Below are positions 1 to 9,425 of a stretch of 33,519 nucleotides of DNA, piece by piece. Every line of letters starts with the position of its first letter. Within the stretch, counting starts at the first letter, position 1. The stretch lies in NCBI GenBank assembly GCA_039803745.1, contig JBDRZD010000013.1, forward strand, positions 1-33,519, read 5' to 3'. The notes under the pieces were generated by a model. The model was not told the DNA's origin. It did not search any database and worked only from the letters and a program-made list of their open reading frames with translations. The DNA is from a candidate division WOR-3 bacterium. GTDB taxonomy: Bacteria; Hydrothermota; Hydrothermia; Hydrothermales; Hydrothermaceae. Position numbers and translations under genes: made by a program.

Positions 1-2
1 TT

Positions 3-668
3 TTAAATCATAGTTTCAAATAATCCTTTATATGTTCCTATATCAAAAATTTTTTTATTTTTTATTTTATAAGCCATAAGTTCTTTTAAAGAAATAATTT
101 TATAAAAGGCATCTATTAAATCACTTTTTCCATTTTTTATATAATTAAAAAATTCTTTTCTGAAAATTCCTATACCTGAATATGTTAAAACTTTCTCTTT
201 ATTTTTTCTTTTTAAAATATCAACAACATAGTTATCCTTTATTATGAATTCACTTTTTGAATAACTTTCAAATATTAAAACACTTCCTATCTTTTTATGG
301 GATTTATGAAATTCAATAAACTCTTTTAAGTTTAAATTGTGATAAATATCAACATTATGAATAAAAAAATCATCATCTATATATTTTTCAAAATTTTTAA
401 CTCCTCCACCTGTTCCCATAAGTTCTTTTTCCTTATAAATAAAAATTTTTTCCCTAAACTTTGATTTTTTCAAAAACTTCTCTATTTTCTCTTTTTTATA
501 ATAAAGATTTATATAAAATTTTTCAACACCATATCTTTCAAGATTTTCAATTATATTAAAAATAATCCTTTTACCATTTATCTTTATGAGTGGTTTTGGA
601 ATAAAAAATGAAATTGGTCTTAATCTTTTTCCATAACCTGCTGAAAGTATTATTGCATTCTTAACCAT
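3..668 (-). CDS. Nucleotidyltransferase (NTP_transferase family), MurU-like / sugar-1-phosphate nucleotidyltransferase
   Basis: N-terminal AIILSAGYGKRLRP...PKPL signature, ELMGTGGG, and C-terminal FDIGT motif; 221 aa with no hexapeptide tail, the size typical of MurU-like enzymes. Confidence 0.85.
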   Translation of the reverse strand: MVKNAIILSAGYGKRLRPISFFIPKPLIKINGKRIIFNIIENLERYGVEKFYINLYYKKEKIEKFLKKSKFREKIFIYKEKELMGTGGGVKNFEKYIDDDFFIHNVDIYHNLNLKEFIEFHKSHKKIGSVLIFESYSKSEFIIKDNYVVDILKRKNKEKVLTYSGIGIFRKEFFNYIKNGKSDLIDAFYKIISLKELMAYKIKNKKIFDIGTYKGLFETMI

Positions 669-1164
669 ATAAAAATTTTTTTAAATATGTCAAAGAGGCA
701 ATTATAAAAAAGGAAATTGTAAGATAAAGGAAAAGAAATCTTAATTTTAATTTAAAAAGAAAAAGTAAAGTTGTTATTGCAAATAAAAAACCAGAAATTT
801 TTCCAAATATGTTTGAACCAAAAATTTTATCTTTTTTTAATATATAAATTCCAAAAAGAAGACTTATAAAGTCCCTTGAAATTATCAAAATTAAAGCCCA
901 TAATGGGAAATCCCTTAAAAAATAAAGAGTTGTTATTATCCAGGCAATAACAAATTTATCTATAACATGGTCAAGTATCTTGCCAATCTTTGTTTCTTTA
1001 TAAAAAATTCTTGCAATTAGACCATCAAGTGCATCAGTTAATACTATTATTGATAACAAAATAAAGGAAACAAATATTTCATTTTTTGAAAGGAAATAGG
1101 AAAAAAATGGGGTTAAAAAAATTCTTGATATGCTTAATAAATTTGGAACATTTAAAAGATTCAA
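661..1164 (-). CDS. CDP-alcohol phosphatidyltransferase (PgsA-like)
   Basis: NVPNLLSISR start and TDALDGLIAR...GKILDHVIDK, matching DxxDGxxAR...GxxxDxxxD; hydrophobic; TTG start overlaps the recN TGA stop. Confidence 0.9.
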   Translation of the reverse strand: MNLLNVPNLLSISRIFLTPFFSYFLSKNEIFVSFILLSIIVLTDALDGLIARIFYKETKIGKILDHVIDKFVIAWIITTLYFLRDFPLWALILIISRDFISLLFGIYILKKDKIFGSNIFGKISGFLFAITTLLFLFKLKLRFLFLYLTISFFIIASLTYLKKFLYG

Positions 1165-2825
1165 GATATCTTCTTCCCTTCTTCTAATAATGCCTCTGCA
1201 TGCTTTATTGAAGTTTCTGTTATCTTTTCACCTGCAAGCATCCTTGCTATTTCAAAGAGCCTTTCCTTTTTTGAAAGTTTTTTAACAGTTATGAATGGTT
1301 TCCCTTCCTTTTCTATTTTTTCAACTTTAAAATGGGTATCAGCAAGAGCAGCAATCTGTGGAAGATGGGTGATACATATAACCTGCCTTTCTTTACCTAT
1401 CTTTTTCATCTTTTTACCAACCTCTTCTGCAACTTTACCACCTATTCCAACATCAATTTCATCAAATAAAAGACCTGAAACAGAATCAACCTTTGCAAGG
1501 AGAGATTTTATACCAAGCATTATCCTTGAAAGTTCCCCACCTGATGCAACCTTTGATAAAGGGAATGGCTTAATACCTTTATTTGTTGATATTAAAAACC
1601 TTATTTTATCTTTACCTTTCTCATCAAGTTCCTTTTCAGTAATTTCAACTTTAAAATCAACATATGAAAAACCGAGTGGCTTTATTTCATTTATTACTTC
1701 CTTTTCAAAACTTGAGGAAATCCTTTTTCTTTCTTTTGATATTTTTTCTGAAAGGAAATTTAACTCTTTTTCAATCTCCTTTATTTTTTCTTCTTTTTCT
1801 TTTAATTTCTCTTCTCTTAAAGAAAGTGTTTCAAGTTCCTTTTTAAATTTTTTAACATTTTCAATAACTCCTTTTAAATCTGTTCCATGCTTTTTCTTTA
1901 AACTGTTTATTATACTTAACCTTTTTTCTTTTTCTTCAATCTCTTCCTCATCTATTTCAAACTTATTTTTCTTTTCATTCAAAATCCTTACAATCTCCCC
2001 TATTTTTATTTCCATATCTTCTAAAATTTTATAAATCTCCTCCATTTCTTTATCAACCCCTTTAATTTCAAAAAGGTTCTTCAAAATCTCTTTTAAATAA
2101 AAACCTATTGAATAATCATCCTCATATAAAAGATTTAAAGAATATGTTATTCTTTTTAAAATATCTTCCTTTTTTGAAAGGAAAGATAATTCCCTTTCAA
2201 GTTCTTTATCCTCCCCTTCTTTTATATTCAATCTTTCCACCTCCTCTATCTGAAATTTTATATAATCCTCCATTTCCTTTAATTTCAAAATCTCTTCTTT
2301 TTCTTTTTCATATTCCATTTTTAATTTTCTATATTCTTTCAAAATCTCAGAAAGTTTTTCTCTTTCACCACTTATTCCTGCAAAGGCATCAAGAAAGTAA
2401 AAATGGGTTTCTTCATTCAAAAGGCTCTGATGTTCATGCTGACCATGAAAATCAAAAAGATCACCGACAAGGTTTTTTAAAAGGGAAAGGGGAACCATTA
2501 CACCGTTTAAATAAAATCTTGAAACTTTTTTTGAAGGTATTATTATTCTTTTTATGTATATTTCATCCTCAAAGGGTATACCATTTTCTTCAAATCTATT
2601 TTTTAAATGGAAAGGAGCACTAAATATTCCCTCTATTTCTATTTCTTTTTCATCTTTAAATATTTCCCAGTCTATTTTTTCACCAAAAAGATAAAGTAAA
2701 CTTCCAGCAACCATTGATTTTCCTGCACCTGTCTCACCTGTAAAAACATTAAAATTTTCACCAAATTCTATATTCAGTTCATCAATCAAAAGAAAATTTT
2801 TTATCCTTAATTCTTTTATTCCCAT
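1161..2825 (-). CDS. recN: DNA repair protein RecN
   Basis: Walker A TGETGAGKS, HGQHEHQSLL, coiled coil, ASGGELSRIML, FDEIDVGIGG, QVICITHLPQIAA, EIARMLAG; follows nadK as is usual. Confidence 0.97.
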   Translation of the reverse strand: MGIKELRIKNFLLIDELNIEFGENFNVFTGETGAGKSMVAGSLLYLFGEKIDWEIFKDEKEIEIEGIFSAPFHLKNRFEENGIPFEDEIYIKRIIIPSKKVSRFYLNGVMVPLSLLKNLVGDLFDFHGQHEHQSLLNEETHFYFLDAFAGISGEREKLSEILKEYRKLKMEYEKEKEEILKLKEMEDYIKFQIEEVERLNIKEGEDKELERELSFLSKKEDILKRITYSLNLLYEDDYSIGFYLKEILKNLFEIKGVDKEMEEIYKILEDMEIKIGEIVRILNEKKNKFEIDEEEIEEKEKRLSIINSLKKKHGTDLKGVIENVKKFKKELETLSLREEKLKEKEEKIKEIEKELNFLSEKISKERKRISSSFEKEVINEIKPLGFSYVDFKVEITEKELDEKGKDKIRFLISTNKGIKPFPLSKVASGGELSRIMLGIKSLLAKVDSVSGLLFDEIDVGIGGKVAEEVGKKMKKIGKERQVICITHLPQIAALADTHFKVEKIEKEGKPFITVKKLSKKERLFEIARMLAGEKITETSIKHAEALLEEGKKIS

Positions 2826-3601
2826 TTTAGTTTCTCTTTAAGCCTTTTTATTAAATTGAAATCAAATCCAGAGGGAATTAAAAATTTGCATTTTCTTTTT
2901 GATACAAAAAATTCTGCCTCCTCATTATACACAAATTCAACCTCCTTTTGACCATCAATCCAGAAAGAAGCCCTTTTTGTCTTTTTACCAAGAAAAACTT
3001 TAACCCTTTCAAATTTTGAAACAACAATCGGTCTTAGAGAAATATTGTGGGGTGATAAGGAATTTAAAATAATACATTCTATATTTTCATCAACAACAGG
3101 ACCATAATTGGCAAAATTGTAAGCAGTAGAACCTGTTGGTGTTGAAACTATAAGTCCATCTGAAAGAAAATTCAATTTCTCTCCTTTTAAAATAACATTA
3201 TATTCAATAAGTCTTCCGGGAAATTTGTTTGTAAGAACTATATCATTTAAGGCAAAAAAATTTTCACTTTTTAAATTCATCTCAACAAGCGTTCTTTCTA
3301 TTATCTTGTATTTTCCATCGCATATTAAATCTATTGCCTCTTTCCATTCTTCATAATCTATATGGGCTAAAAAACCAAGTTTACCCATATGTATTCCACA
3401 TAAAGGAATATCAGGGAAAATATGAAAACCCTTTAAAAATGTTCCATCACCCCCAATTGTTATAACAAAATCACCTCTTTCTGAAATATTTTCTTCTATT
3501 ATTTCACTTTCTATATTCTTTTTCTTTAAATAATCAACTATTTCTCTTGCAAGTTTTACTCCTTCAGGCTTTTCAAGATTAACAACAATTAAAATTTTCA
3601 T
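2816..3601 (-). CDS. nadK: NAD(+) kinase
   Basis: GGDGTFL, GKLGFL, ALNDIV and DGLIVSTPTGSTAY motifs. Confidence 0.96.
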   Translation of the reverse strand: MKILIVVNLEKPEGVKLAREIVDYLKKKNIESEIIEENISERGDFVITIGGDGTFLKGFHIFPDIPLCGIHMGKLGFLAHIDYEEWKEAIDLICDGKYKIIERTLVEMNLKSENFFALNDIVLTNKFPGRLIEYNVILKGEKLNFLSDGLIVSTPTGSTAYNFANYGPVVDENIECIILNSLSPHNISLRPIVVSKFERVKVFLGKKTKRASFWIDGQKEVEFVYNEEAEFFVSKRKCKFLIPSGFDFNLIKRLKEKLKWE

Positions 3602-3640
3602 AATTTTTATATTATAATTATAAACAAATTTTAAATCAAA
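3602..3640. promoter_or_regulatory. Divergent sigma70-type promoter region between nadK and rfbD
   Basis: Palindromic ATTATAAT (3611-3618) gives TATAAT on both strands; the minus strand reads TTGATT(3639-3634)-17 nt-TATAAT(3616-3611). Confidence 0.55.
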
Positions 3641-4486
3641 ATGAAAAAGGTTTTTTTAACTGGTGCAAGTGGGCAATTAGGTAGAGAAATCATAGAAATT
3701 TTAAAAGAGAAATATATTGTGATTGCGCCAAAAAGGGAAGAATTTGATTTAGAAAAATTTGAAAAAATAAACAATTATTTAAAAGATATTAATCCTGACA
3801 TAATTATACTTTCAGGAGCATATACAGATGTTGATAAGGCTGAAGAAGAAAAAGAGAAAGTTTATAGAATAAATTTTTTGTCTGTAAAAGAGTTTGTAAA
3901 ATACACAAAAGAGAAAGATAAAAATCTTATATTTATAAGCACAGATTATGTATTTGATGGAAAAAAGGAAATTTATAAAGAAGAGGATAATCCAAATCCT
4001 TTAAATTTTTATGGAAAAACAAAATTTTTGGCAGAAAGGGAAATAATTTCAAATTTAAAAAAATATTTTATAGTAAGGACATCATGGCTTTATGGAGAAG
4101 GTAAAAAAAATTTTGTTTATAAATTTATTCAAAAATGTAAAGAGGAAAAAATTTTAAAAGTTGTAAATGATAGATATGGTTCACCAACTTATACAAAAGA
4201 CCTTGCAGAGGGAATAGAAAAACTCATAAATTCTTCAAATTATGGAATATACCATATAGTGAATACAGGAAGGATATCAAGATATGATTTTGCGATGGAA
4301 ATTGTTAAAATATTAAATTTAGATGTTGAAATAGTTCCTGTTTCTTCTGATTATTTTAAGGAAAAAGCAATAAGACCTTTTTCCTCTGCTCTTGATAACA
4401 AAAAATTTTCTTCATTATTTTATGAATTAAGAGATTGGAAGGAAGCCTTAAAGGATTTTTTGAAAAATAGATGGAAATTTTTATAA
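3641..4486 (+). CDS. rfbD: dTDP-4-dehydrorhamnose reductase (RmlD)
   Basis: TGASGQLG, AYTDVDKAE, ISTDYVFDG, YGKTK (YxxxK), RTSWLYG and DRYGSPTY motifs. Confidence 0.95.
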   Translation: MKKVFLTGASGQLGREIIEILKEKYIVIAPKREEFDLEKFEKINNYLKDINPDIIILSGAYTDVDKAEEEKEKVYRINFLSVKEFVKYTKEKDKNLIFISTDYVFDGKKEIYKEEDNPNPLNFYGKTKFLAEREIISNLKKYFIVRTSWLYGEGKKNFVYKFIQKCKEEKILKVVNDRYGSPTYTKDLAEGIEKLINSSNYGIYHIVNTGRISRYDFAMEIVKILNLDVEIVPVSSDYFKEKAIRPFSSALDNKKFSSLFYELRDWKEALKDFLKNRWKFL

Positions 4487-5574
4487 TAGGTGGAGGAATT
4501 TCTGGACTTTTCTGTGGCATAAATCTTGCAGAAAGTGGAATTGATGTAAAGATAATTGAGAAAAAGGAAGAAATTGGAAAGCCTTTAAAATGTGCAGAAG
4601 GTGTAAGTGAAAATGGAATTGAAATTTTAGGGGATAGGGAAATAATAGAAAGTGTTAAAAAGAAAGAAATTAAAGGAAGTGTAATGATTTTGCCAAATGG
4701 TAAAAAAATTTATTTTATTAAAAAGGGATTTTTGATTGACAGGGAAAAACTTGAAAAACTTCTTGAAATGAAATTTTTAAAAAATGGAGGGAAAATAATA
4801 AGGGATAAAGTTGAAAGAATAGAGGGAAATAAAATTTTTGGATTAAAAAAAATTTATAAAGGAGATTTGATTGTAATAGCAAGTGGAACAAATTTTATAA
4901 AGGGAATTGAATATCCCTATAAGGGTTTTTTATTTGCAACTGAAAAAAGAATAAAATCTAATGAGGAAAATGAATTTCTTAAGTTTTATTATGGAGAAAT
5001 TTATAAACCGATATACATGTGGAAATTTTATCATGGTGATTATTTTGGAATTGGGAAAGCATATAGAGATAAAAAGGAGTTTGAAATAATAAAAAATTTT
5101 TTAAATGAAAGGGATGTTTTTAAAACAATAACAGGTAAACTCCCTTTTCCTTTAAATCCTCCAAAATTTTTATATAAAGATAAAAAATTTTTCATTGGAG
5201 ACGCAGGTGCCTTTGTTAACCAGTTAACCTTTGCAGGAATTCACGGTGCTTTACTCTCAGCAATTTTATGTGCCGAAAGAATAAAAGAATTTTTGAAAAA
5301 CAAAAATTATAATGAACTTGAAAAATTTAATGAAAATTTAAAAATATTGCCTATTTTCTCAAAATCAATTTATAAGGCAAGAAATATTTTATATTCATCA
5401 AGTGATTCAGAATTAAATTTAATTGGAGAACTGATGGACAGAAGAAAGTATGACGAAATTCCCTATATAAAGGCAATTAAAAATTTGATAAAAAATCCAT
5501 TATTTACAAAGACATATTTAAAATTTCTATATGTTGAAAAAATTTTTAAGAAATGTGAAAATTTTTCCTTTTAA
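4471..5574 (+). CDS. FAD-dependent oxidoreductase, geranylgeranyl reductase family
   Basis: IIGGGISG FAD fold, EKKEEIGKPLKCAEG, IDREKLEK, YMWKF (YxWxF-like) and GDAGAFVNQLTFAGIHGA (GDAAGxVNPxTGxGI-like). Confidence 0.8.
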   Translation: MEIFIIGGGISGLFCGINLAESGIDVKIIEKKEEIGKPLKCAEGVSENGIEILGDREIIESVKKKEIKGSVMILPNGKKIYFIKKGFLIDREKLEKLLEMKFLKNGGKIIRDKVERIEGNKIFGLKKIYKGDLIVIASGTNFIKGIEYPYKGFLFATEKRIKSNEENEFLKFYYGEIYKPIYMWKFYHGDYFGIGKAYRDKKEFEIIKNFLNERDVFKTITGKLPFPLNPPKFLYKDKKFFIGDAGAFVNQLTFAGIHGALLSAILCAERIKEFLKNKNYNELEKFNENLKILPIFSKSIYKARNILYSSSDSELNLIGELMDRRKYDEIPYIKAIKNLIKNPLFTKTYLKFLYVEKIFKKCENFSF

Positions 5575-5575
5575 A

Positions 5576-5584
5576 TGTTATAAT
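5576..5584 (+). promoter_or_regulatory. Extended -10 promoter (TGnTATAAT) for the DUF401 gene
   Basis: TGTTATAAT at 5576-5584, 9 nt before ATG 5594, with no Shine-Dalgarno sequence. Confidence 0.55.
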
Positions 5585-5593
5585 TAATCACTT

Positions 5594-6793
5594 ATGTTTA
5601 CAATTTTAAAACTTATAGTTTTAATATTATTTATTTTACTCCTTGTAAGACTGAAGGTAAATATTGCCCTGATTTTATTTTTTCTAATAATAGCAACAGG
5701 TTTAATTTTTGGATTCAAAATTAGTGAATTTAAAGATTCAATTATAAAAGCCTTTAAATCCTATTATACTTATGAATTGCTTGGAATAATTATAATAATA
5801 CTTTTTCTTGAAAAAATAATGGATGAAAAGGAAATTTTAAAGGGGATTGTAAATTTTTTTCTATATTTTAAAGACAAAAGATGGGCTTTAATCCTGCCCC
5901 CTGCAATAATAGGTCTTTTACCAATGCCAGGTGGAGCCCTTGTTTCAGCACCTGCTGTTAAGATTGCATCAGAAAATTTTAAAATATCTCCATCAGAAAA
6001 AACATATATTAATTTCTGGTTCAGGCATGTATGGGAATATTTCTGGCCTTTTTATCCAGGTCTTATTGTTGCTTCTGCAACATTGCATGTTCCAATTTAT
6101 AAACTGATGATATACCTTTTCCCCCTTTCTATTGTTTCAATAATATCAGGACTTTCATTCACAATTCCAATTTTAAAAGAAAAAAAGAAAAATGGAAATG
6201 GGAAAATTGATATAAAAGCCCTCTATCCTCTTTTACCAATTGGAATTATTATAATTTTAACAATTTTAAAAATAAATTTTTTGATTTCCCTTCTCACAGG
6301 AATAATAATTACATTATTTATAACTAAAACTTGCTTTAAGGAAGTGCCCAAAATTTTTTATAAATCCTTAAATTTAACAATAATTTTTCTTGTTATATTT
6401 ATAATGATATACAGGGAAATAATAATAACCGCTTCTATTTTTGAAAGGATTCAAAAAGAAATTTATTTATCAAATGTTTTAAATTATTTAATAATCACCT
6501 TTATTTCATTTATAATGGGATTCTTAACAGGAATAAATCAAATTTATGCAGGTGTTGCATTCCCTATGCTTGCCTCATCTTTTAAAGGGAATATAGATTA
6601 TGCATGGGTTATGCTTGTATATACCTTTGGATTTTCAGGAGTTCTTTTAACACCTGCCCACCTCTGTCTTTCCTTAACAAAAGAATATTTTAAGGGTGAA
6701 TGGAAAGAAATATATAAAAGATTATTACCCACAATATTACCTGTAATTTTATTTTCAATTTTTTATTTCTTTATTTTAAAAAAATTTCATTAA
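5594..6793 (+). CDS. DUF401 family polytopic membrane protein (putative transporter)
   Basis: PAIIGLLPMPGGALVSAP, NFWFRHVWEYFWPFYPG and TPAHLCL motifs; about 10-12 hydrophobic segments. Confidence 0.85.
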   Translation: MFTILKLIVLILFILLLVRLKVNIALILFFLIIATGLIFGFKISEFKDSIIKAFKSYYTYELLGIIIIILFLEKIMDEKEILKGIVNFFLYFKDKRWALILPPAIIGLLPMPGGALVSAPAVKIASENFKISPSEKTYINFWFRHVWEYFWPFYPGLIVASATLHVPIYKLMIYLFPLSIVSIISGLSFTIPILKEKKKNGNGKIDIKALYPLLPIGIIIILTILKINFLISLLTGIIITLFITKTCFKEVPKIFYKSLNLTIIFLVIFIMIYREIIITASIFERIQKEIYLSNVLNYLIITFISFIMGFLTGINQIYAGVAFPMLASSFKGNIDYAWVMLVYTFGFSGVLLTPAHLCLSLTKEYFKGEWKEIYKRLLPTILPVILFSIFYFFILKKFH

Positions 6794-7708
6794 TTTTGAA
6801 ATAAATCTTATTGAAAATAAAGTTGATTTTATATCTGCAATATTTTTATTACTTATTTCATAAGCAGGACCATGAATTGGGGAAACTCTTAAAAAGGGTA
6901 GACCAATTGTAAGATTACATCCTTTGCCCTTTGAAAGTATTTTAAAAGGGATAAGACCCTGATCATGATATATGGCAAATATGAAATCAAAATTTTTATA
7001 CAAATCTTTTGTAAAAAAGGAATCAGATGGATAAATTCCTTTTATAAAATCAAATTTTTTAATAACTTTTTCCATAATTTTTTCCTCTTCTCCATTTTCT
7101 CCTTTATGGGGATTTAAAGATAAAAAGGCAATTTCTGGAACTTTATTAAAAAATTTTTTGTTCCATTCTAAAAGAATTCTTATCTTTTTTTCTAAATAAT
7201 CCTCTTTAATGAATTTATGAACTTTTTTAATTGGAATATGGGTTGTGAGTAAAGCAACTTTTAAATTATCTGAAATAAAACTCATTAAAACATCATCCTC
7301 TTTTAAACCAAAAATTTTCGCAAGGAATTCTGTATGCCCTTTGAAATCTATTCCATTTAGAATAATACCTTTTTTACTTACAGGAAGCGTAAGGAGTGCC
7401 TTTATTTTTCCCTTTTTTAAATCATTTATTGCATTAATAATTGATTCGTAAGCATATCTTCCGCCTTCCTTTGAAGGATGCTTTAAAGGTATTTTTTTTA
7501 TTTTGTAAACATTTTCTATCATTAAATTTTCAGGAAACTTAATTTTTAATTTTTTTGCTGTATTTTCAAAAAAATTTAAATCACCATAAAGAATGAAATT
7601 AAAATTTTTATCTTTAAAAATATTTAATGACTTCAAAATAATTTCAGGACCTATACCAAATGGATCCCCTGATGTTATTCCTATATTAAATAATTTCTTT
7701 TCTTTCAT
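6776..7708 (-). CDS. pdxA: 4-hydroxythreonine-4-phosphate dehydrogenase (PdxA family)
   Basis: GDPFGIGPE, GHTEFLA, TTHIPI, LNPHKGE, YHDQGLIPFK motifs; lies downstream of surA. ATG 7708 is preferred over the ORF-track GTG 7732 because it gives the usual N-terminal length. Confidence 0.9.
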   Translation of the reverse strand: MKEKKLFNIGITSGDPFGIGPEIILKSLNIFKDKNFNFILYGDLNFFENTAKKLKIKFPENLMIENVYKIKKIPLKHPSKEGGRYAYESIINAINDLKKGKIKALLTLPVSKKGIILNGIDFKGHTEFLAKIFGLKEDDVLMSFISDNLKVALLTTHIPIKKVHKFIKEDYLEKKIRILLEWNKKFFNKVPEIAFLSLNPHKGENGEEEKIMEKVIKKFDFIKGIYPSDSFFTKDLYKNFDFIFAIYHDQGLIPFKILSKGKGCNLTIGLPFLRVSPIHGPAYEISNKNIADIKSTLFSIRFISKLMKFF

Positions 7709-7955
7709 CAGATAAAATTTCAAAATAATCACCTCTTTCTTTTTTTGAAATGCTTTTTTTATCAGGAACTTTTTTAACCTTTATCTTTATACTCCTTAAA
7801 GGAAAATCAAGAAAAATTATATCGCCTTCTTTAACTTCTACAGACCCTTTAACTTTCCTTTCATTTATAAAAACATAACCTTTTTCACAAGCCTTTTTTG
7901 CAACTGTCCTTGATTTAAGAATCCCTATTAAAAATAAATATTTATCAATCCTCAA
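7686..7955 (-). CDS. S4-domain RNA-binding protein (Hsp15/YabO-RqcP-like)
   Basis: MRIDKYL...KSRTVAKKACEKGYVFIN...KGSVEVKEGD; 89 aa; TTG start. Confidence 0.88.
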   Translation of the reverse strand: MRIDKYLFLIGILKSRTVAKKACEKGYVFINERKVKGSVEVKEGDIIFLDFPLRSIKIKVKKVPDKKSISKKERGDYFEILSDERKEII

Positions 7956-9204
7956 ATCCTTTTATTTCAACAAAAACATTCTTTTTAATCTTTTCAGTTA
8001 TTCTCTCTATTTCTTTTTTGAGTTTTCTCTGCATGATTAAATTTTTCAAATCATTCTGAATTTCCTCAAAGGAAGGTTTTCCACCTTTTTCATATTTATC
8101 AAGTTTAAATATATGATATCCGATATCTCCAAGAATTATTTCTGATATTTCATTCTCTTTTAATTTTTTTAAAACATTCTTTATTCTCTCATCCATTCCC
8201 CTTGAAGGTAAAAATCCGAGACTTCCACCTTCTTTTTTTGTTATAAAATCATCCGAGTATTTTAAAACCGCCTTCTCAAACCCTTCTTTTATTGCATACT
8301 CTCTTGCCTCTTTTGCTCTTTCAAAAGCCTTTAATGTATCCTCATTTTCAGGTAATGCACCTATAACAATTTGAGCAATCTTAACTTCATCTTTCTTTTT
8401 ATCAAGCACTTTAAATATATAATAACCATAATCACTTTCAATTGGCTCTGTAAATTCACCTTTTTTTAAGGAAAAAATTTTATTTTCAATCTCAGGAGGT
8501 AAAATACCCTTTCTAATATATCCAACTTCACCTCCTTCAAGAGCAGTTTTTCTATCATCAGAATATTTTAATGCTAAATAACCAAAATCACCACCACTTT
8601 TAAGTTTTTTATAAACTTCTTCAGATTTAATTTTTGCTTCTTTTAATTTTTCTTTATCTGGCAAAATCCTTATTAAAATATGAGAAATATAAAAACCCTC
8701 CTCTTTTTCAGGAATTGAATCTTTCTTCTCTTCATAAAATTTTTTAACTTCTTCAGGAGAAATTACAATTTTTGGATAAATATACATTGAAATATATTTT
8801 TGAATGAAAAGACTCCTTCTTATATTTTCCCTATAATTTTCCTTAAGTTTTTCAACTGTAAGACCTTCTTTTTCAAGTTCTTTAAAAAAATTTTCTTCTC
8901 CAATCTGATTTTTAATCTCCTCTATTTTATTATCAAGTTCTTTTTCAACTTCTTCATCCTTAACATTTATTAAAGTATCCTTTTTTGCCTCTAAATATAA
9001 AAGTTTTTCTCTTATGATTTCCTGAAGAATTTGCATCTTCACTTCCTTTTCTTCTTCAGGAGAAAAATCTTTACCTGATTGCAATTTGTAAAAATCAAAA
9101 ATCTCATCTATTTCAGAAAGTAAAACAACTTCCTTATCAATAACTGCAACTATTTTGTCTTTATATTGAGAAAAAATAACTATCAAAAATAAAAAAATTT
9201 TCAT
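7945..9204 (-). CDS. surA: SurA-like periplasmic chaperone / parvulin peptidyl-prolyl isomerase
   Basis: DKIVAVIDKEVVLLSE SurA N-domain and two parvulin domains (SHILI...LALKYSDD...GGEVG; KYSDD...GGSLG...GYHIFK); surA-pdxA synteny. Confidence 0.88.
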   Translation of the reverse strand: MKIFLFLIVIFSQYKDKIVAVIDKEVVLLSEIDEIFDFYKLQSGKDFSPEEEKEVKMQILQEIIREKLLYLEAKKDTLINVKDEEVEKELDNKIEEIKNQIGEENFFKELEKEGLTVEKLKENYRENIRRSLFIQKYISMYIYPKIVISPEEVKKFYEEKKDSIPEKEEGFYISHILIRILPDKEKLKEAKIKSEEVYKKLKSGGDFGYLALKYSDDRKTALEGGEVGYIRKGILPPEIENKIFSLKKGEFTEPIESDYGYYIFKVLDKKKDEVKIAQIVIGALPENEDTLKAFERAKEAREYAIKEGFEKAVLKYSDDFITKKEGGSLGFLPSRGMDERIKNVLKKLKENEISEIILGDIGYHIFKLDKYEKGGKPSFEEIQNDLKNLIMQRKLKKEIERITEKIKKNVFVEIKGFED

Positions 9205-9211
9205 AAGTTTA

Positions 9212-9265
9212 ATATTAAAGTTAAAAATGTAATGGTTGCAAATAAGTTTAAAATTTTAATATAAT
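9212..9265. promoter_or_regulatory. Back-to-back promoters for surA (-) and tRNA-Ser (+) sharing a palindromic -35
   Basis: TTGCAA (9236-9241) is self-complementary; TATAAT (+, 9260-9265) and TAATAT (-, 9217-9212) each lie 18 nt away. Confidence 0.5.
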
Positions 9266-9275
9266 TTATACCTTT

Positions 9276-9365
9276 GGAGGGGTGCCCGAGCAAGGTTTAA
9301 GGGGTCCGGCTCGAAACCGGATATCCCCTTATAGGGGAGCGTGGGTTCAAATCCCACCCCCTCCG
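9276..9365 (+). tRNA. tRNA-Ser (anticodon CGA), 3' CCA not encoded
   Basis: Acceptor GGAGGGG/CCCCTCC; anticodon stem TCCGG/CCGGA with loop CT-CGA-AA (9312-9314); long variable arm TCCCCT-TAT-AGGGGA; T arm GTGGG-TTCAAAT-CCCAC; discriminator G. Confidence 0.96.
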
Positions 9366-9366
9366 C

Positions 9367-9396
9367 TTGACTTAATTATACTTTATCCCTTAAAAT
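9367..9396 (+). promoter_or_regulatory. Putative sigma70 promoter for the tRNA-Trp-rpmG-secE-nusG-rpl-rpoBC operon
   Basis: TTGACT(9367-9372)-18 nt-TAAAAT(9391-9396). Confidence 0.5.
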
Positions 9397-9425
9397 ATAA
9401 AACTTAAATTAATTAAGCAAAAATT

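Noticed and set aside
1291..2623. Plus-strand ORFs of 247, 60 and 171 aa opposite recN
   Set aside because: Antisense shadows of a Lys/Glu-rich gene, giving Phe/Ser/Leu-rich translations with no family motifs or RBS.
7709..7732. GTG start at 7732 for pdxA
   Set aside because: Adds eight residues not expected in PdxA and lengthens the overlap with the S4 gene; ATG 7708 fits better, though this is unproven.
9323..9338. Hairpin TCCCCT-TAT-AGGGGA as a possible terminator
   Set aside because: It is the variable arm of tRNA-Ser.
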